DNA of 64,000 nt from Octopus bimaculoides (Eukaryota): positions 48,360,349 through 48,424,348 of the forward strand of contig NC_068989.1 in NCBI RefSeq assembly GCF_001194135.2. The letters are read 5' to 3'. The position numbers and the translations under genes were made by a program. Numbering within the stretch: the first letter of the stretch is position 1; each line of letters begins with the position of its first letter. Shown piece by piece: positions 59,501 to 64,000 of this stretch. Under the pieces are notes generated by a model. That model was not told the origin of the DNA. It searched no databases and worked only from the letters and a program-made list of their open reading frames with translations.

Positions 59501-62082
59501 TTCAATTGATTAACGTCCAATTTCCCATGTTAGTATGAGTTGGACTGGGACTTCTGAATGAAATTTAGTAAACAAAAACTATGTGAAAGTCTGTCATTTG
59601 GTTCTCTTGGGGTTGTAAACTTAATCTATCACCTGGTTTAACACCACCATTCAACCCTACAGCACCTTTAGGTGAGTCCTCTCTGACTGCAAACATTCCA
59701 GGCAGTGAATAAATTATTCTCTTCCTCCCACCAGTCAAGGACCTTTGAGAAGGTGATGAGTGCTTCCATTTGTTCTCTGTTTAAGCAATTTAATAATAAT
59801 AATAATATAAGCATAAGACCTGAAATTTTGGGGAAGGGAACTGGTTGATTACATAGACTCAAGTACACAACTAGTACTTGTTTTTCTGAGTCAAAAGGAT
59901 GAAAAGCAGTTGACCAAGGCAGAAGTTGAACAAAATAATGGTTTCAAATTTTGCCATGAGGGCAACAATTTTAGGGGAGGGAAGAGTTGAATACATTGAC
60001 TCCAGTGTTCAACTGGTACTTATTTTATTGACCCTGGAAGTATGAAAGATAAAGTCAACCGCAGCAGAATTTTAACTCAGAACATAGTGATGGGCAAAAT
60101 ACTGCTAAGCATTTCGTCCAGCAGGTAAACGATTCTGCCAGCTCACCACCTTGAACATAACAATAATAAGAGTGATTTATTTAGATACAAAGTCAACAAT
60201 TTTAAGATGAGAGAGCTGTGATTCTCAATTTTAACATTTGACTGATACCTTATTTTATTGATCCCCTGAGAAGATAAAAAGTAAAGTTAACCTTGGCAGG
60301 ATTTGAACTAGGAATGTAAAATGCTGGAAGTATGCATGGCATTTTACCAACACTTTAATGCATCTGCCAGCTTACCACCTTAATAATTTCTAATTTAGGC
60401 ACAAGGCCAACATTTTGTGGAGAGGTTTAGCAAACACCATCGACCTTAGCACATAACTGTCACTTTATTTAACATTATTTTATTATTACACCAGTCTTGA
60501 GAGATGGGTGTAATAGTATCAAATTCTTAGCAAAGGAAACCGCCACACAGTTTCTTTCCCTTTTTCTTTCTTCATGAGGTAGAAACCAAATATTACACGC
60601 GTCTGGTTTTACGAAACAGTAAAAGTGTATTCTTTATTTTATCAACTCCAAAAGGATGAAAGGCAAAGTTGATCTTGGTATGATTTGAACTCAAAACCGA
60701 AAGAGCTGAAACAAATACTAAAAAAACTTTTTTCTACCTTATAAGGGTAATAATACTCAATTTTTCTGCTGTTTTAACGGTGATACTGCGTTCGAAATAT
60801 CACTTTGTATTGTACAATACATATTCGACAAATGTCAGTTATATACACGTGGTTGTTACACTGCAAAATATATTTTTGAAACGTTAACGATTCTATCCAA
60901 TTGGCCAGAAATTTAGGTGAAGGAAAACATTGGTTCTATCACCCCCCGTACTTACTGATATTTAAGTGCACGCCTACACAACATAAGATCGATAGTATTT
61001 ATGAGTTCAAGATTTGTTCGGGCTAGAAGTCAACAAACACTCTCGAGAACCCTTTGAAGTTATCTAATAAATTTTGAAAGATTTTCAGAAATAACGAAAC
61101 AAAGTTTCGAAAACATACTGGGAAAGCAAGGTTTTACCCGATTAGTCTTATATAATACGTAATTGTGTGTGTGCATATATATTCTGCTTATACCCAATCG
61201 AGTGTTTCCTGCGATATTTATAAGTTATTTCGTACATAGTCACACTCTATTTAATAGACAATTGAAGTAAATATAACAATAAACAGGTCTAGCAAGGCAA
61301 TATATAGGGTTTACATTGTTTTGTTTGAATTCGGAGGAAAATGTCAGAATGAATCGTGTCGTATATTTTTAGAAAAAAAACACAAAGACAAAAGACTCTA
61401 AAAATATAAATGACGAGTATATAAGATTCTGTGACGTTCATTCATTCTCAAGGACATTAGTTTCGTAAGTAAAGAAACATTACAAGAAATAACAGAAATA
61501 CTCTAGTTCATAAGAGTCCACTTGCCGACACCTTACATATTTAGAGAAAAAATATTAATATAAAAAAAGAAACTGAATATTTTTTAAAGTTAAATTACAC
61601 AGTGATTGAATAGACGTTTTATTAATAGACTTCACGAGAACAATTTACTAAACTTTAGAACTCTTCCCATACTTCCAATCAGCTGGTTCTACATTTAAAA
61701 TACAGAGAACAGTCCTAGATCAGACGAGGTCTCTCCTTACTGCATATACAAACATACATACTCATTCAAACACATACACAGGCAAATACACACCCTTACA
61801 TTCACACGCACAAACACTGGGGTCATATAACAAATAAAGAATCTGCAGTAACCTTCACATCGAAGGGAGATAAAACAGAAATAGCATGCGTCGAATGGAC
61901 CAAACAGAAACTCTATTAATGAAATAGAATAAGAATAACAGTGTTTTCTGTAAATCATAGGGAACTTACAAGACATAGTAGGAAGCATTCCGAACAGAGT
62001 TCTGACAAAATACATGCTCTAAATGTTTCGTTTGTCGCAACAAGCACCTGCACACACGATCTCGAACCATGGAGGCCGCCAT
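32405..62082 (-). CDS. M3-family oligopeptidase A-like protein (PrlC/OOP-like), 18 exons, 723 aa, non-canonical active site
   Basis: Join (minus): 62082-61970, 58775-58612, 56668-56529, 54517-54449, 53241-53081, 51078-50974, 48439-48251, 45880-45779, 43472-43332, 42431-42335, 42093-42027, 40283-40203, 39261-39140, 37931-37727, 36072-35997, 34855-34708, 33832-33753, 32516-32405. All introns are GT-AG, all phases are compatible, total 2172 nt with no internal stop. M3 hallmarks: GPWQVTL, LGYNSFA, WDVPYW, YFPL, DPYA, FGHGL, VEWDA, FRGRDPS. Confidence 0.95.
33322..33545 (+). mobile_element. SINE family 1, full length
   Basis: aaggcagcgagctg..gttctgagttcaaattccgcc..gtcgactttgcctttcatcc..; imperfect flanking repeat of about 20 bp, aag(a)aacagt.aagaggaaga. 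Confidence 0.88.
33753..33832 (-). CDS. oligopeptidase A-like exon 17 (MIAADIFAAFEEVG...GR)
   Basis: ttcag acceptor, GTAAGT donor, 80 nt, phase 0->2. Confidence 0.94.
34708..34855 (-). CDS. oligopeptidase A-like exon 16 (KEHWHD...FTHIFSDQHPAAYYSHKWSE)
   Basis: ttccag acceptor, GTAAGT donor, 148 nt. Confidence 0.95.
35821..35970. repeat. 26-bp minisatellite, 6 units
   Basis: atatcatt core at 35828, 35854, 35880, 35906, 35930 and 35956. Confidence 0.9.
35997..36072 (-). CDS. oligopeptidase A-like exon 15 (GQKHMIGFDMMRQLYLSALDMELYI)
   Basis: gtcag acceptor, GTAAGT donor, 76 nt, phase 1->2. Confidence 0.92.
37727..37931 (-). CDS. oligopeptidase A-like exon 14 (FGHGLQQMLT...VEWDALH...TLLK)
   Basis: tccag acceptor, GTTTTC donor, 205 nt. 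Confidence 0.95.
38048..38374. mobile_element. hAT (Charlie-like) MITE
   Basis: TIR cagtggttcacaacc / ggttgagaaccactg; 8-bp flanks atctagag / tcctagag. Confidence 0.75.
39140..39261 (-). CDS. oligopeptidase A-like exon 13 (ERSDL...QEVHMLFSE)
   Basis: ttcag acceptor, GTATTG donor, 122 nt; ends in LFSE where the canonical motif is LFHE. Confidence 0.92.
39788..40153 (+). mobile_element. tRNA-derived SINE family 2, near full length
   Basis: Colinear with 28407-28745. Confidence 0.88.
40203..40283 (-). CDS. oligopeptidase A-like exon 12 (GEYRASFFFDPYAHQGKMSGTWM...)
   Basis: ttcag acceptor, GTGAGA donor, 81 nt; F..DPY.R..K..GAWM-like motif. Confidence 0.93.
40346..40569 (+). mobile_element. piggyBac-like MITE (TTAA-flanked)
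   Basis: ttaaccctttagcatt ... aatgctagagttaa. Confidence 0.8.
40871..41386 (-). repeat. three head-to-tail SINE family 1 units, period about 175 bp
   Basis: gcca(g/a)caagt at 40871, 41045 and 41221; ends gccagc at 41381. Confidence 0.9.
42027..42093 (-). CDS. oligopeptidase A-like exon 11 (DESDQNDNSLPDVKLFGVYDEK)
   Basis: caacag acceptor, GTAAGA donor, 67 nt, phase 0->1. Confidence 0.88.
42335..42431 (-). CDS. oligopeptidase A-like exon 10 (INESQIAQYFPL...LFGIIIK)
   Basis: ctag acceptor, GTTTGT donor, 97 nt; YFPL..V...LF....LFG motif. Confidence 0.93.
43332..43472 (-). CDS. oligopeptidase A-like exon 9 (YKNHFKPIAKEELEEL...WDVPYW...)
   Basis: tttag acceptor, GTGAGT donor, 141 nt. Confidence 0.95.
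43510..44095 (+). mobile_element. two tandem R4/Dong-like 3' end fragments embedded in (TAA)n tracts
   Basis: PMLIGALG...LLQKVCLLGTGKIIRRVL and IPVVIGALGT..K...LQKSIILYSARILRKVL; (AAT)n at 43491, 43764 and about 44170-44210. Confidence 0.8.
44827..45400 (+). mobile_element. Tc1/mariner fragment related to 7543-8035
   Basis: ta|caggttg terminal-like start; LKLNSDSYMKLLETVVKL*LEMVAVGRQQDLAPC. Confidence 0.7.
45779..45880 (-). CDS. oligopeptidase A-like exon 8 (QDIADILGYNSFAHMSMETKMAGS...)
   Basis: gcag acceptor, GTAAGT donor, 102 nt; LGY.SFA..SM..KMA M3 motif. Confidence 0.95.
46785..47032. other. assembly gap (N run)
   Basis: N bases; 10-N gaps also at 6457, 8548 and 19652. Confidence 1.
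48251..48439 (-). CDS. oligopeptidase A-like exon 7 (QQPKVGPWQVTLQ...IRLL)
   Basis: ccag acceptor, GTAATA donor, 189 nt; GPWxxTL and R..VW.AY..RA M3 motifs. Confidence 0.95.
48787..49054. repeat. insertion with an 89/88-bp fold-back and 12-bp flanking direct repeat
   Basis: Arms 48871-48959 and 48967-49054; aattatttgtaa at 48775-48786 and 49055-49066. Confidence 0.88.
50974..51078 (-). CDS. oligopeptidase A-like exon 6 (SKVMVCQNMF...MAAD)
   Basis: ttcag acceptor, GTAAGT donor, 105 nt, phase 2->2; missed by the ORF track. Confidence 0.9.
51940..52189. mobile_element. hAT-like MITE, same family as 38048-38374, more degenerate
   Basis: Shared internal ggacc..gtcatatgg; flanks atttaaag / ctttaaag. 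Confidence 0.6.
53081..53241 (-). CDS. oligopeptidase A-like exon 5 (EVNADRS...ERNTF)
   Basis: ttcag acceptor, GTAAGA donor, 161 nt, phase 0->2. Confidence 0.93.
53285..53512 (-). mobile_element. piggyBac-like MITE (TTAA-flanked)
   Basis: ttaacccttttgcatt ... aatgctaaaggattaa; reverse orientation of 40346-40569. Confidence 0.8.
53520..53810 (-). mobile_element. Jockey/CR1-group LINE 3' fragment
   Basis: RT..Y.QSFLPRTLTLWNLLP..VFP....LQLFK. Confidence 0.75.
54449..54517 (-). CDS. oligopeptidase A-like exon 4 (IHSQVDQAKNERWISEPLYNAVK)
   Basis: tttag acceptor, GTAAGT donor, 69 nt, phase 0->0. Confidence 0.92.
56529..56668 (-). CDS. oligopeptidase A-like exon 3 (DPQMEKTFENVFNPIEE...FQR)
   Basis: ttag acceptor, GTAAGT donor, 140 nt, phase 1->0. 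Confidence 0.93.
56701..57141 (-). mobile_element. SINE family 1 (minus) interrupted by a same-family SINE on plus (56866-57085)
   Basis: 17-bp TSD aaatactgctaagcata at 56849-56865 and 57086-57102. Confidence 0.9.
57969..58141 (-). repeat. RTE-like 3' fragment duplicated at 58897-59070
   Basis: Near-identical 170-bp direct copies; QAFGP..KWHGH remnants. Confidence 0.85.
58141..58520 (-). mobile_element. RTE-like RT core fragment
   Basis: QGLVLSPLLFIVVL...WEPLYAD. Confidence 0.75.
58612..58775 (-). CDS. oligopeptidase A-like exon 2 (LPEIPPDT...HLEQLK)
   Basis: tttcag acceptor, GTTTGT donor, 164 nt, phase 2->1. Confidence 0.92.
59810..60440 (-). mobile_element. stack of at least four SINE family 1 fragments
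   Basis: Repeated ggtacttattttattgacc..aaggatgaaaggcaaag-type cores. Confidence 0.75.
61970..62082 (-). CDS. oligopeptidase A-like exon 1 (MAASMVRDRVCRCLLRQ...YYV), mitochondrial presequence-like
   Basis: ATG at 62082, donor GTAAGT; TT+A joins exon 2 to give YYVLLPEIPP; Arg-rich N-terminus with few acidic residues. Confidence 0.85.
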
Positions 62083-64000
62083 GTTCATTAAGAAGGTTAA
62101 AGGGAGATAATTAGGACTTTTGCAGGACAACTCTCGGAATTTAATTTTAAAATTATTAATTAAAAATCGAGTATATTGTAGTTTATTAATAATTATCATA
62201 ACCTGGAGTAATTTATACCATCTTGGCATCTCAGCAGAATGGTTTCTGCTTCATTTATGTTTTAAATGTCCTTGACAGTGGTTAACGCTTACATATGTCA
62301 AAGGCTAACACATACATTGTTTCTTATCTCTAAAAACGTTCGTGTTTCGCTTTCTATATATATATTTTTATTTTTTAGCGCATCTGGATCTCATGTTCTG
62401 GGATGCCAAATATTTTTCAGGCGTTAAGAAATTTATTAATGCCATTCTTAATATTTCCTTTCATCCAGAAAACATTAACCAATCTTATGTTTATTCAGTT
62501 ATATAACCATTGCTCCTGGGAGAAACGACGAAATCCCAATGTGGTTATTCGATCTGTTAGAAATAGTAGCTAAATCCCGTTCAACTAACACCCTACTCTC
62601 TAAAAGAAATTGGAAGTGTATTTAATCTAAAATAACTGTTAGCTTAATTGGAAATTATTATACCACTAGGTAAAAAATAGAAAAGAAAAACAATATCGGC
62701 TCAAGTATTAACATTATTTTAAAGTTTTAACAAAGACGGGAGACGTCTCCATGCATGTTTGGTCTTATTAAACCTTCTCAACGCAATGCAGTCGGTACAG
62801 AGCTCTAACAGAACCAAAACATGTCTTGAGTCGTCATCTGCACATTTTTATCGCTAATCAGGGTTGAGAAGAACATCATCTATAACCTTTCTCTTTAGGA
62901 CTTCCAAGGCTGGATGAGGTCAGGAGGAAGTCGCCTTCTAGTCAGAGACCTGATCTGAATGCTTACAACAGGACCTGGTGACGATGTTAAAGAGAAGGAT
63001 GGATTAAACTAACCACCCATGAACTTACAATGTAAAGAGCAAGAAAAACACCATAAGGCACCTCAACTAAGACTCTCACAATTTTGAAAATCCACTGCGC
63101 TTGACCAATACTTTATTACATTGTAGCGAGACCAATTTCTATTATGGTATATAAAAAAACATTTGAGTTATATAGGCTCATCACATTAATCGTTACGGAT
63201 TGGTCAGCATACCTATCATGTGAGTGTTCAGACATTTGTTGAGTCCTGTGCTGTTTTGAGTGTTGACAGGAATTGGATCGAAGGTCTAATCACATTGTGT
63301 GTAATATATTTCAAACAACTAATCCGTATGTGTTTTGGAGCCTCCTTTTTTTTGCATAAATTAGTGCAACAAATTATTTACAAGTGAGATGGGTGAAAGT
63401 TTTTCATCAGGGCAAATTATGCAGATCCAGCCGTTTTTTTAATTTTTTTTTTTTTCAGAGGAGAATTAATGTAACAGAACCTATGAACCAACAGCAACCC
63501 AAACTGAATTATCAAAGCAATGGATGAACAACCACCAGAATTTGTAATGTTTGTTACTTTGATCCACTGTGTTACTTTATGAAGGAATAAAGTCCCATTG
63601 TTATTTTAAAGTTAGCTTCTTTTGTTGCTTCTATGAATGAACACGCAATCTATATAGCTGTGAGACATTTCGACTCAAAACTGAACCCAAATCTCTCAGC
63701 TCACAACTCGACCTCAGAGGAAAATGTTTCCCACGGTCAAAAGTTTAGTTTCCCACACATTCAAAACTAAGGAAATTCACAATAGATAACAAATGTCAAG
63801 GAAAATGTTTGGCTAAAATTAACGGCCAAAACACTTGACCTTCGACACTATAAATCAAGGGAACGCTAGCCAGACATAGCTTGACTTGTCAGCGCTGTGA
63901 CCACCAAATATGTATAAATAGAGACACACCACGGCCAAGAAGCAGACAAAGTTCGTGGCTCGATCGCATACGCTACGCAAGAACGATTATCTGTCTAATT

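Noticed and set aside
63905-64000. TATAAATA followed by GC-richer sequence, a possible divergent promoter
   Set aside because: The window ends before any exon can be identified; a single TATA match is uninformative in AT-rich DNA.

Overview
AT-rich, microsatellite- and retroposon-dense animal genomic DNA with assembly gaps. The SINE and RTE families point to an octopus/coleoid cephalopod (inference). The supplied ORF track is mostly noise; the real genes are multi-exon and were reconstructed by hand from splice sites and reading phase. (1) Minus strand, 62082->32405: a complete 18-exon, 2172-nt CDS (723 aa) for an M3-family oligopeptidase A-like protein with a mitochondrial-type presequence. 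Its zinc/catalytic residues are non-canonical: HEFGH reads SEFGH, the third-ligand Glu is His, and both conserved Tyr of the GGY..YYSY motif are His. (2) Plus strand, about 290-31140: a tandem cluster of divergent spermidine/spermine N-acetyltransferase (SSAT/SAT-like GNAT) genes. Copy A shows only its last exon, copy B is an isolated first exon, and copy C has exons 1, 3, 4 and 5 with exon 2 not located. Copy C keeps the SSAT layout but lacks the acetyl-CoA-binding RxxGxG loop, and both A and C lack the catalytic Tyr. The two loci are convergent, so two candidate pseudoenzyme loci sit tail-to-tail. The rest is transposon debris: RTE, R4/Dong, Jockey/CR1-like, Penelope, Gypsy, mariner, piggyBac- and hAT-like MITEs and many tRNA-derived SINEs, plus several fold-back and tandem structures. 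All motif comparisons are by-eye alignments to remembered reference motifs, not database searches.
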